Below, piece by piece: positions 10,995 through 23,204 of a stretch of 64,000 bases of DNA. How positions within the stretch are numbered: the first letter of the stretch is position 1; each line of letters starts with the position of its first letter. The DNA is from Takakia lepidozioides. Lineage: Eukaryota; Plantae; Bryophyta. The stretch lies in the NCBI GenBank assembly GCA_030704615.1, contig CM060732.1:69316001-69380000 (forward strand), given 5' to 3'. Both the position numbers and the translations under genes were made by a program. Under the pieces are notes generated by a model that searched no databases, was not told the origin of the DNA, and worked only from the letters and a program-made list of their open reading frames with translations.

Positions 10995-13900
10995 CTAGAA
11001 AAGGGTACGGGACCCATACAGAGTAGTGATTTTTTTCTGACCATTGAGCTTTTCTAATTTGGGCAGCTCGCCGGGCTCATCACACCCCTCCGACTCCACC
11101 CCTTGAACCCTCTCAACTTCCCCTTTTTGCTCGGGCAACCCCGTATACCCCTCATACCCAATTACATTGAGCTTTCCTGATCGCATGTGGCGGTAGGTTG
11201 AATCCGACAACTTGCCTAGCTGACCACAACCACAGTCCAACTCGAGCACTTGCAGTCTCTCAAGTTCCCACATCCACTCTGGCAGCTCCATAAGCCAGTG
11301 ACAACTGTTTAGGTAGAGATTTTCTAATTGGGTGAGGCAGCAGATCGAATCGGGCAGCTTGCCTAGCTGACCACAATTGCTCAAATCGAGGAATTGCAGT
11401 CTCTCAAGTTCCCCCATCCGCTTTGGCAGCTCCGTAAGCCCGTGACAACCTTTTAGGTAGAGCTTTTCTAATTGGGTGAGGCAGCAGATCGAATCGGGCA
11501 ACTTGCCTAGCTGACCACAATCGCTCAAGTCGAGTACTTGCAGTCTCTGAAGTTCCCCCATCTGCTCTGGCAGCTCCATAAGCCCCTGACAACCATTTAG
11601 GTGGAGCTCTTTTAATTGTGTGAGGCCGCAGATTGACTCGGGTAGCTTGCCTACCTGACCACAACCCATTAAGTCGAGCACTCGCAGCCTCTCAAGTTCT
11701 CGCATCCGCTCAAGCAGCTCTATAAGCCCGTGACAATTGTCTAGGAGGAGCTCTTCTAATTGAGTGAGGCGACAGATTGAATCGCGCAGCTTGCCTAGCT
11801 TACCACAAACCCTCAAGTTGAGCCATCGTAGTCTCTCAAGTTTCCCCATCCACTCAAGCAGCTTCGTAAGCCCTTGACAATTGTGTAGGTCGAGGTTTTC
11901 TAATTGTGTGAGGCGACAGATTGAATCGGGCAGTGTTGCGCGGCTTTTACTCACCCATCCCTTCGCTATCCGAGGCGGAAACTCCAAGATAGAAGAGTTG
12001 GAAATCTCTAAGTACTCAGCCCGCGCAGAACAATCAGTCATGACCTACAGCTAGTGTATCATGGGGGTGTTTCCTATTTGTTTCCCTTTCCGCATTCATC
12101 TTAGCTACCTTACCATTGATAATTAAGTATCAGTTTGCTTCATCAATCTATCGGTTTCCTTCCTCATCCATTCAATCCACAACTTCACTCAGATCTCTCT
12201 ACACAGTGTGATTGTATCGTATAAGTATCAGATTATGATTTATCAGGTATCAGGCCGAAGCCATTATGTCTCTAATCTGCTCTCCAATATCACTACAGCT
12301 TTGCATATAACAAGCATCTACTAATCCTCTTTTCTCCTTCTTGTGCTCTCCATCTCTTGCCTCCGATCTCCGCTCCAGCCTGACTCATAAGTCCTCCTCC
12401 GAATAATGATCCCCATCTCCCCGTTTCTCCCTTTATCTTCCTCTCCGCGGTTCTAACCGTTTCCCTCGCTAACCGTTGTCTGTGAACTAACATGTTCCCT
12501 TCGCAGGTGTTGTTCCCCACAGTCGTTCCCTGTCCTACTCTTCGTTCCCTATGATGTGACCGCTGTATCAAGCTGTGACTGGCTGTGTGAAACTGTGACG
12601 GGCTGTGACTGGCTGTGCGAAACTGTGACGGGCTGTGTTGGCTGTGTGGCTGTGATGGCTGTGACGGGTTGTGTTGGCTGTGTCGGCTGTGACGACTGTG
12701 TAACCCCCCTCTACAGTGCGCTGCTGTCACCCCTAAGGCTCCTGTTGGTCTCAGTCTGTGCAAAAATTAAGGGTACCCTACAGATCCCGTATAAGTGTCT
12801 AAGTCCCCTACAGTCCTCTAACAGGCAGCTTGTCTAGCTTACCACACCCTATCAAGTAGAGCTTTCGTAATCTCTCAAGTTCCCCGATTTGCTCTGGCAG
12901 CTTCGTAAGCCCCTCACATTCATTTAGGTAGAGCTGTTCTAATTGGGTGAGGCGGCACATTGACTCGGGCAGTTTGCCTAGCTTACCACACCCTATCAAA
13001 TAGAGCTTTCGCAGTCTCTCAAGTATCCCCATCCGCTCAGGCAGCTTCGTAAGCCCGTGACAACCGTATAGTTCGAGCATTTCTAATTGTGTGAGGCGGC
13101 AGATTGAATCGGGCAACTTGCCTAGCTGACCACAACCCTTCAAGTGGAGCTTTCGCAGTCTCTCAAAATCCCCCATCCGCTCAGGCAACTCCGTAAGCCC
13201 GTGCCAATTATATAGGTCGAGCTGTTCTAATTGGGTGAGGCGGCAGATCGACTCGTGCAGCTTGCCTAGCTGACCACAACCACTCAAGCTGAGCACTAGC
13301 AGCCTCTCAAGTTCCCCCATCTGCTCTGGCAGCTTCGTAAAGCCCGTGACAAAAGCTTAGGTCGAGCTGTTCTAATTGTGTGAGGCGGCAGATCGACTCG
13401 GGCAGCTTGCCTAGCTTACCACAACCACTCAAGTCGAGTACTAACAGCCTGTCAAGTTCCCCCATCCGCTCAGGCAGCTCCGTAAGCACGTGACAATTGA
13501 CTAGGTCGAGATTTTCTAATTGGGTGAGACGACAGATTGAATCGGGTAGCTTGCCTATCTGACCACAACCCCTCAAGTCGAGCACTAGCAGCCTCTTAAG
13601 TTTCCCCATCCGCCCTGGCAGCTCCGTAAGCTCGTGACAAATGCTTAGGTAGAGCCGTTCTAATTGGGTGAGGCGGCAGATCGACTCGGGCAACTTGCCG
13701 AGCTGACCACAACCCCTCAAGTCGAGCACTTGAAATCTCTCAAGTTCCCCCATCCGCTCTGGCAGCTCCTTAAGCCTCCCACACTCACTCAGGTTGAGGT
13801 ATTGTATATGACTCAGGCAGCAAATGGATTCTGGTAGATTTTCCAAAGATATGCATCCGATGAGATGTAACTCCACTAAACATATGAGAACCCCAATATT

Positions 13901-14162
13901 GTCTGGTAGTTTGTGCAAACACGGACTATGACTCAAATCAAGCACACATAACTTCTTGAGATATCCTAACGACGGTAGAACGCAGAAAGAGTAGTCTCAA
14001 TTGACTTGAGTGTTCCCCAAGACAATACTCCACATTTTGCCGACTACAACCATCCAAGCTGAGCAACCGAAGGTGGGGCATTTTTGTGAACTCGCTCATC
14101 GTATTCGTCGATAAATTCGTTGTCGAGCCTGCCAATGACACGCCCTGCATAGAAATATCCAC
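10995..14162 (-). pseudogene. LRR exon of NLR immune receptor, interrupted by a solo LTR
   Basis: About 30 LxxLxLxxCxxLxxLPxx repeats of 24 aa (ORFs 13307-13945, 12808-13320, 10995-12041); acceptor tgcag|gtg at 14163/14162; frameshifts near 13945 and 13340. Confidence 0.93.
11934..12823 (-). mobile_element. Solo LTR of the large Ty3/Gypsy family
   Basis: TG...CA ends, 5-bp TSD GGCAG (11929-11933 and 12824-12828), homologous to the LTRs at 14507, 26730 and 48139. Confidence 0.96.
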
Positions 14163-14506
14163 CTGCATGAAATTGGAACAAAGGCGTTAAAGGATGGGCT
14201 TAGGTATCCTTGACTCATATTCTAGATCCATTACTTGTTTAAGCATCGAATTGATACACATTGATTTTAGCAACACATGCTTCAGAAACTTGATTCTCGA
14301 TGGCGAGTAATTAGACAACAAAGGTATGATATCCACACAATTCAGCAACGCTACTCGTATAATAAAATACCAACTTCTACACTGTTGTATGATGCATCAC
14401 CATAGGGCCCACCCTCGAGAGGGGGGTGGTAGCCTTTAGGCAAAGTGGCTCTTAGTTACGCCGGCTTCGGCCAGGGTCTTCTCTCTCTCTCTCTCATGCA
14501 TGACCT

Positions 14507-15479
14507 TGTTAGAGGACTGTAGGGGACTTAGACACTTATACGGGATCTGTAGGGTACCCTTAATTTTTGCACAGACTGAGACCAACAGGAGCCTTAGGGG
14601 TGACAGCAGCGCACTGTAGAGGGGGGTTACACAGCCAACACAGCCCGTCACAGTCGTCACAGCCAACACAGCCCGTCACAGTCGTCACAGCCCACACAGC
14701 CCGTCACAGTCGTCACAGTCGTCACAGCCCACACAGCCGACACAGCCCACACAGCCCGTCACAGTCGTCACAGCAGACACAGCCCACACAGCCAGTCACA
14801 GCCCGACACAGCCAAACACAGCCAGTCACCGCTTGACACAGCTGTCACGATAATAGGGAACGAAGAGTAGGACAGGGAACGACTGTGGGGAACAACACCT
14901 GTGAAGGGAACATGTTAGTTCACATACGACGGTTAGAGAGGGAAACGGTTAGAACCGCGGATAGGAGGATAAAGGGAGAAACGGGGAATGAAGGGGGATC
15001 ATCATTATTCGGAGGGGGACTTCGGAGTCAGGCAGGAGCGGAGATCGGAGGCAAGAGATGGAGAGCACAAGAAGGAGAAAAGAGGATTAGTAGATGCTTG
15101 TTATATGCAAAGCTGTAGTGATATTGGAGAGCAGATTAGAGACATAATGGCTTCGGCCTGATACCTGATAAATCATAATCTGATACTTATACGATACAAT
15201 CACACTGTGTAGAGAGATCTGAGAGAAGCTGTGGATTGAATGGTTGAGTGAAGGAAACCGATAGATTGATGAAGCAAACTGATACTTAATTATCAATGCC
15301 AAAGGTAGCTAAGATGAATGCGAAAAGGGAAACGCATAGGAAACACCCCCATGATACACTAGCTGTAGGTCATGACTGATTGTTCTGCGCGGGCTGAGTA
15401 CTTAGAGATTTCCAACTCTTCTATCTTGGAGTTTCCGCCTCGGATAGCGAAGGGATGGGTGAGTAAAAGCCGCGCGACA
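14507..15479 (+). repeat. 5' LTR containing a CACAGCC/CACAGTCGT microsatellite-like array
   Basis: Near-identical to 26730-27767 except for array length and about three substitutions seen by eye. Confidence 0.96.
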
Positions 15480-16067
15480 TTTGGCGACCATACTGGGGAC
15501 CTGGGACATGAACAACCAGATGTGACAGGCATCTGGTGGGATCATGGTGGTTGGACCATTAAAGAATTTGAAGTGAATCAAATTCCCTGTGGAACGAAGG
15601 AAGAAAGATTGTCCAAACAATTCTTTCAAAGGTTCTTGGAATTGCCAGACGGATGTAAAGAAAATATTCTTAAACGAGTGCATGATGCTGATCCAGAATG
15701 GGGTCTGGAGAAAGGAGTGATAAAGATTTATCAGGTAGCCTGTAGAGGAAGAGCACGTTGGTTACCAACATTAGTTTATGTGATAGCGTTGCTATCCATT
15801 AAACGAGTAGAGTTTGAAGGCTGGGAAGAAAGAAAGGTGAATGTTTATACTCATATGCATGAAGAGCTTGTACTGGTAAAGAATTGGATTCCAAAGGATA
15901 TTTTGTGGATCAAACTCACACCAAGAACAGCTTTTCAGACTTGTTTGCCATATGGTTATATGGTAACGGAGACTTCAAGTATAGCCAAGGGTGCATTGAA
16001 GCTTGAAAGAAACCCAGGCATATACGAGAGATATTACAGAAGAGAGTTTTGGTTATTGCCACATTAA
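15372..16067 (+). CDS. Extra 5' ORF of the retrotransposon (unknown function), starting in the LTR and crossing the PBS
   Basis: 231-aa open frame; the C-terminal ~155 aa are nearly identical in the second copy (49155-49628). Confidence 0.65.
   Translation: MTDCSARAEYLEISNSSILEFPPRIAKGWVSKSRATFGDHTGDLGHEQPDVTGIWWDHGGWTIKEFEVNQIPCGTKEERLSKQFFQRFLELPDGCKENILKRVHDADPEWGLEKGVIKIYQVACRGRARWLPTLVYVIALLSIKRVEFEGWEERKVNVYTHMHEELVLVKNWIPKDILWIKLTPRTAFQTCLPYGYMVTETSSIAKGALKLERNPGIYERYYRREFWLLPH
15482..15499 (+). promoter_or_regulatory. Primer binding site (tRNA-Arg-like)
   Basis: TGGCGACCATACTGGGGA directly after the 5' LTR; the same motif occurs at ~49129. Confidence 0.75.
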
Positions 16068-16088
16068 AAGAAATGAAAGACATGGGAC

Positions 16089-19000
16089 ATGAGTGATGAA
16101 AGAGAAGCTAGACGACAAAGATATTCATCAAAAAGAGAAAGCTATCTGAAAGCTAATTATCCATATCTTTGGGAGAGAGGAATAGACATAGGGGAATCAT
16201 CTGGACCTCTCACACCATCAAGATCAAAAAGTGCATCACCTATACCGGAAGAACTAGAGTTGGATGCCACTCCTTCTGTTTCTTTGCAAGAAAGATTAAG
16301 GGAATTGGTACAGGAAGAAGATCAATCACGAGGAGAAAGATCTGAGGTACATCCTTGGATAAAAGATTTGACAGAAATCTTTGATAAGAGTTGGCATGGA
16401 ACACCAAAAGCAGGAACTCCAGTTTCTGAAGCAGAAGATGAAGAAGGAGAAGAGGATGTGGCAGAGCCAACGGAGAGTTCAGACTCTCCAACACCATTAC
16501 AGTTGAGTTACATGAGTGAAGAAGAAACCCAAGGGCAGAACTTGGAGGATGAAAACAGAGAGAAGAAATTAGAAGAGGAAGAATATGAAGAAGTAGACCC
16601 AACAGCTGAGGTTGAGACTACAACCAGGACATCCCAACCCGTTGGACCTGGATCAAGTGGAGCACTTGGATCACAGGCCAACGAAGGTGTCGGCTCAGGG
16701 GGATCAGGCGGGCTGCCTGGATCTGGCTCTGGGGGACAGGGAGTGTGGGAAGTAGTGCAACTGAAGCTGGGAATACTGTGAATATCGTGGGACCAGAAGC
16801 AAGGAGTGCTCAGGGGCCACCACTTGGTGGAAGATCCACCACAAAAACAACAGGTCCAGAAGGACCAGCACCAGCAAGGGTGCCAGCACCTGTCAGTGGG
16901 CAGAAGGTAGGGCCACAGATGGCGTTACAACCAACAGGGGCAAAACCACCCTTTCCAATATATTCAGGAAAAGGGGATCCCGATGTACACATTAGCCAAT
17001 TTGAGCACATGTGTATAGTGAACAATGAGAATGGCGATGATGCCAAGATGAGACTGTTTCCTTGTTCACTTATCAAGAAAGCAAGTGAATGGTATGCAAG
17101 ATTCCCTGATAATCATTTCCTAACCTGGAATGGCTTGAATACAGCATTTCGAAATAGGTTCAGGACAAGTAAAACTGAGGATGAAGTGTATGGAAGTTTA
17201 CAACAGCTGAAGCAGAAGAAGCATGAAACTGTTGAAGAGTATATGGAGAAGATGGAATTGATGATGAAAAAGCTGGCTGCAGTACCAGCGCCCGGTTTAC
17301 AGAAGACTTGGTTTGTGAGTGGATTAAGACCAGAGTTGCAAAAGGAGTGGATATGTTACCCCATAATACAGTGGAGGAGGCATTTGAAACTGCGAACAGA
17401 ATTGAGCAATTGGGAATGCTCAGGAGAGAGAAAAAAGAAGATGAGGACTCTGAGGATGAGTCAGATGAAGAAGAAGAGCAAGAACTAAAAAGAAAGAGTA
17501 AGAGAAAGGAGAAGTTGAAGAGGGATAACTATGAAAAAAAATTGGAAGAAATCTTGAAGAAGTATGCCACAGAGGCTGCAACACATTGGAGGAAGGGTGT
17601 ATGGTGTGCAAAGTGCCAGAATGAAGGCCATACCACCACAGAATGCCACATGAAGGAGAAACACTGTACTATCTGTAAAATGGATAACCATTCTACTGAG
17701 AATTGTTACTACAACAGAAGGACAGCTGCAAGAGAACCTAGGCAAGTAAGGGTGCATCAGGTGCAGCCCCAGCCAAGAAGAAATAATGATCAGGACCACT
17801 ATGGTAGGTCTGGTGGTTATAACAATGGCATGGAAGGGAGAGGTAATTCAAGAGGGAATTACCAAGGAAATTCCAGAGGCAACTATCAGGGTAACCCAAG
17901 GGGAATTACCAGTCCGGGAATCAGGATTATAGAAATAATCCAAGAACAGACCAAGGGCGAGGACCCAATGGTGAAGAGCTATGTTACTATTGTAATCAGC
18001 TAGGACATCGCAAGGCAGCCTGTTCATTCTGGATAAGACACCAGAATGAGATGAGAGCTCCTGTGAATGAGGGCCCAGTGGTGGCAGCTCACATGGTTAG
18101 GCCATGTGTTGTACCATAAGTAAGTACAATGATAGTAACAAGAAGTAAAGCCAAACTAATACCTCCAGTAGAAGAGGAAAAGATGAGGATGGAAGTGGCA
18201 ATGATATGCCTGAAGATGAAGAGACTTGGAAAGATGAGAAGGAACTGCACAAGGAAGTGGCAGATACTATAAGGGAAATGCAAAAGAGTACTGATATTCC
18301 TGTGGCAGATTCCTCTGATTCGGATGGAGAAAAAGAAGGGAGTGAGGAAGAAAGGAAAAAAGAAGATGCAGACATGCAAAGTAATGAAGAGACTTTGGCT
18401 GCAGTAATATGTCAGACCAAAGCAGAAATTACCATTGGACAGCTATTAGCTGTGGCACCTTATTGTAGGCACAGGCTGTACCAGGCAATCAATCGAATTG
18501 CCCAAGAGACAGGAAACACAGACCTGAACAGCAAGGTGACCAGTTATAATGTGAAGCCGGAAGGGCGAGAACCAGTCATGGACTTTGATGATTCTATGCC
18601 AGTAATCCAATTGAGAATTGGAAGCACAGAACTAACTGATGTACTGATAGATGGTGGTTCTGGAGTAAATATCATGACAGACCAATTAAGGAAGAAGCTT
18701 GGTCTAAGTAACATGAAACCAGCCCCATTTACAGTAACAATGGCAGATCAAAGAAGTGTACAACCATTGGGATTAATAAGAGGAGTTAAGATACAGATAC
18801 AGAAAATGATCTTTATGATCACAGTAACTGTATTAAAAATGGATGAAGTCATGGAGGCTTACTCCTTATTATTGGGACGTCCGTGGCTGAAACAGGCCAG
18901 GGTATTCCATGACTGGAATTCTCAGTTACTAACTGTGCATAATGGGATGCACTAGATACAAATTACCACAAAGAAATCTAGTAGATTACCTGCTACAAGA

Positions 19001-22000
19001 AGACCTCGAGGAGTCAGAGAGTATGACTGGAGAGGAGGACTGGATGAGGAGCAGGAAGCTACCCTATTTGCTGCACACCCAGAATGGGAGCAGGTTGCGG
19101 AGATGCGGCTGGAAAGCCTAAGTTGTTTAAGAGGTATCTGCTGTGGTGTAGTGTCGGCAACACCAATTGAAGAGGAAACCAACTGTTACCCACCACATTT
19201 CTATGAAGAAAAGGAGGGAGAGATAGAAATCCTAGAAGAACCAGCCACTGTGAGCTTAAAGGATGAAGTGGTGACTGGTTGGACAATCACAGCTGATGAG
19301 CAGGTGAGAGAAGTAAATGTGGGAACTCAGGAGGAACCGAGAATGGTGAAAGTAGGAGCTGATTTGGAGCCGGAATTCTTCGAAGAAGCTAAAAGCTTGT
19401 TCATCAAATACAGAGATGTATTTGCTTGGAGCTATGAGGATCTAAAAGGGATACCACCTGAAGTCTGTCAGCATAAGATTGAACTGGAACCAGGGTCAGT
19501 ACCAATCAACAGGCGAGGTATAGAATGAATCCCAACTACGCACAGAAGGTTGGAGAAGAGATAAAGAAGTTGGCTGAGGCTAAGTTTATATACCCAATAG
19601 AGTATACAACTTGGTTATCACCCATTGTTATAGTTCCAAAGAAGAATGGCAAGCTAAGAGTATGTGTGAACTATAAGAAGCTGAATGCTTGTACGAAGAA
19701 AGATCCTTTCCCTTTGCCATTCACAGAAGCAGTATTAGACACTGTGGCAGGCCATGAGATGTACTCATTCATGGATGGCTTCAGTGGTTATAATCAAGTG
19801 CAAGTGGCAGAAGAAGACCAAGGGAAAACAGCTTTCATCACAGACTGGGGGGCTTATGCATACAAAGTCATGCCCTTTGGACTTTGTAATGCACCAACGA
19901 CCTTTCAGAGAGTGATAAGTGAATCTTTTCATGAGTATCTGGATGATTTCATGCAGGTGTTTTTGGATGATTTCAGTGTGTACAGCTCTAAGAATGAGCA
20001 CTTGCATAAATTGGAGTTATGCCTGGCCAGATGCAGGATGAGAGGTCTGGGCTTGAATCCAGAGAAGTGTACTTTCTGTGTGAACTCAGGGGTGCTTCTG
20101 GGACACATTGTGTGTAAGAAGGGACTTCTTGTGGATCCCAGGAAGACAGAGTCCATTAAAGTCTCTCCACCACCAGTGAATGTTAAGAGTTTAAGGAGAT
20201 TCCTTGGGCAAACCAGTTATTACAGAAGATTTGTCAAAAGGTATGCACAAATAGCAGCACCATTGAGCAAGCTTCTGAAGAAAGATGCAGTGTTTGCCTG
20301 GACAGCTGAATGTCAACAGGCGTTTGAGGAACTTACACTGTCAGTAACAACTACACCTGTGCTGATTAACCCTCACTGGCATGTAGTATTTCATGTTCAC
20401 TGCGATGCATCAGGAGAAGCGTTGGGTGCGGTGTTAGCCCAGAATGTTACAGGAAATATAGATTCACCTGTGTACTATGCTAGCCGATTGATGAACAGTG
20501 CTGAGAGGAACTATAGTACAACGGAAAGAGAAGCATTGGCAATGATTTATGCAGTCAAGAAATTCAGGCATTACCTATTGGGAAGAAAGTTTATGTTTTA
20601 TGTGGATCACCAGGCTCTGATATATCTGGTGAACAAACCTTTGATAAGTGGAAGGATAGCGAGGTGGTTAATAATCTTGCATGAGTTTGAGTTCGAGGTT
20701 ATTTACAAGCCTGGCCGTTTGCATCTTGTGGCAGATCATTTGTCACGACTAACAACAGGAGAGGCCGCCACAGGAGTGGACGATCAGTTACCTGATGCGA
20801 GTTTATTTGTAATGGAGGTGCAAGGAAGTGCAGATGAATGGTTAGATTGGCAGTGGCCAATCAGATACTACCTTGCTCATGGTCAGTGCCCACCTAGTTA
20901 TGGTAAGGAGCAGAGGAAGAGAATTGCTATCAGAGCTTTACCTTATACTATGGTAGGAAGCAGAATGTATAAGTTAGGACCTGATGGAGTACTAAAACGA
21001 TGCTTGTACCACCATGAAGTAAATAAAGTCTTGGAGGAAGTTCATAAAGGAGTGGCTGGAGGTCATTTTGGAGAAGAGACTACCAGTAGAAAGATACTAC
21101 TCGCAGGATACTGGTGGCCTACTTTGTTCAAAGATGTACATGAGTATTGTCAGAAGTGTGATGAATGTCAAAGGCTAGGACCTTTGCAGAGATCTGGAAG
21201 AATGGCCTTGCATCCTACAATGCCTACGGAACCATTTCAGAAATGGGGACTAGACTTTGTTGGACCAATTAATCCACCATCCAAGAATACACGAAACAGG
21301 TACATAATTACAGCCACTGATTATACTACAAAGTGGGTGGAAGCTAAAGCTTTGAGGGACAACACAGCCAAGTCCACAGCAAGGTTCCTGTACGAGAACA
21401 TACTTACACGATTTTGGATGTCCCTTAGAATTTATCAGTGATCAAGGAAGTCACTTCATGAATGAGACCATTGAGTTGTTGACTAAAGAGTTTATGATTG
21501 TGCATAGAAAGAGTACAACATATTACCCACAGGGTAATGGGCAGGCAGAGGCTACCAACAAAATACTATGTACTATCTTGGCTAAGATAGTCAATGCAAA
21601 CAGAACGGATTGGGATACAAAGCTGCTGACAGCTTTGTGGTCATACAGGACTTCATATAAAGTCACAACTAAGTATACACCATTCCAATTAGTTTATGGT
21701 ATGGAAGCCTTACTTCCAGTGGAATTCCTGTTACTACCATACGGAATGAAGAATGGAGTGGGGAAAAGAATGGAATTGCAACTCCATCAAGGTCAGGAAA
21801 CATGAATTATACCATGTGGAAGAAGTACGTGCTGATGCAGCTGATAATATGACCAGAATTCAGATGAAGCGAAAGGAACAGTTTGATGAAGGCAAATTAA
21901 AGACTTTTAAGACGGGGGATTTGGTTCTATGGTTGCAGAAGAAAGGAAAGATTCAAGCTTCTAAGCTTAAATCACCATGGAAAGGACCTTATGTCATACA

Positions 22001-22659
22001 AAAGATGTATGATAACAACACCGCCATGTTACAAACCATTAACAAAGAAATGCTGGGAAGAGTCAATGCAAATAAGTTGAAGGGTACAGTGGTATCCATG
22101 ACAAACCCCTGCAGCATGATTTGCATGTTGAACCGCAAGAACAGTCCACGGGCTGCACCAGTGTTACGAACGGAGTATGGAACACTTGTCGCTAGGCCAG
22201 CATATACGACCAGGGTGGGCAAACAAACGTGAACACAGCCTATCACAGCCCGCCAAGGCGCAACACAGCCTATCACAGCCCGTCACGACGTGACACAGCC
22301 AACCACAGCCCGCACGGCGCACACCCACACCCTATAACAACCTACCACAGCGTGTCACAGCCTATCACAGCTTACCACAGTGCCATCACAGCCTATCACA
22401 GCGTAACACACAGTATGACACAGCCTGTCACAGCTCAACACAGCCTACTAAAGTTACACCATCCATAGAATCAGTGACAAGTGGACACATAATAACTTCA
22501 GGAAAATGGATGACGGAAGAAGAAAACGGAAATTACTTTAAAAATAGACACGTGGAGGTCAGGGGTGCACACACAGCAGAGAATGAAGTGCAAGGACAGG
22601 TGTCAAAAAGAAAGAGGAAAAGAACGGCCGTCAAATGGGATGAAAGGCGGGCCCATTAA
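16089..22659 (+). pseudogene. gag-pol polyprotein with several 1-bp frameshifts
   Basis: Retrotransposon gag domain, three CCHC knuckles (CAKCQNEGHTTTEC, CTICKMDNHSTENC, CYYCNQ..H...C), protease LIDGGS, RT FLDD, RNase H CDAS...DH, integrase HHCC and WGLDFVGP...GPY. Confidence 0.95.
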
Positions 22660-23204
22660 TGAATACGGAAAAGGGAAACGGAACGAACGGCAAGTACAGA
22701 AAAGCGAATTCATGTCGCATGTGTGATCCTAGTGGACTATCCAACAGGGAAAGTCCACTAAAGAAGATAAAAGTTAAAATCCAGTCACAGCGGATACAGC
22801 CAATAGAAAACCAGAGAAATGATCAAGAAAATGGAAGGAAATTGAGCGCAAGAGGCGGCGTCGTTCTGAGTAACGGGCGTCTCGACAGGACAGGCCATAA
22901 ATGCTATAACTTTGGAAACTATGGAGGAACTAACAGACTATACGCTCGCAATATTACTTACGCAGTGGCATAGACACGAAACGACAGAGCAGAGCTTTTC
23001 TCTTGAGCAATGCTTGCAAGCCCCCGCAGGCTTACAAGAGATTACCCATAGCTTTCTGCGGCAACCATACGTTTATGCTTTGTGCACTACAGGCATTCCT
23101 GCAGTTGTTACAGCCAAAGCAGTTCTGTGAGTCTAAGATGAAGAGAGTGAGAGGAATGGAGGAAATCAGGGTGAAGAGCACCACAATTTCTGCAGAAACA
23201 AACG

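Noticed and set aside
12293-14836. His/Ser/Thr-rich ORFs beginning MHRLRPTGALG (also at 26790)
   Set aside because: These are translations of the LTR microsatellite array; frames differ among LTR copies.
22655-22973. Second TAATG stop-start overlap after pol
   Set aside because: The frame opened by this ATG closes after about 22 codons in copy 2, so coupling is not conserved.
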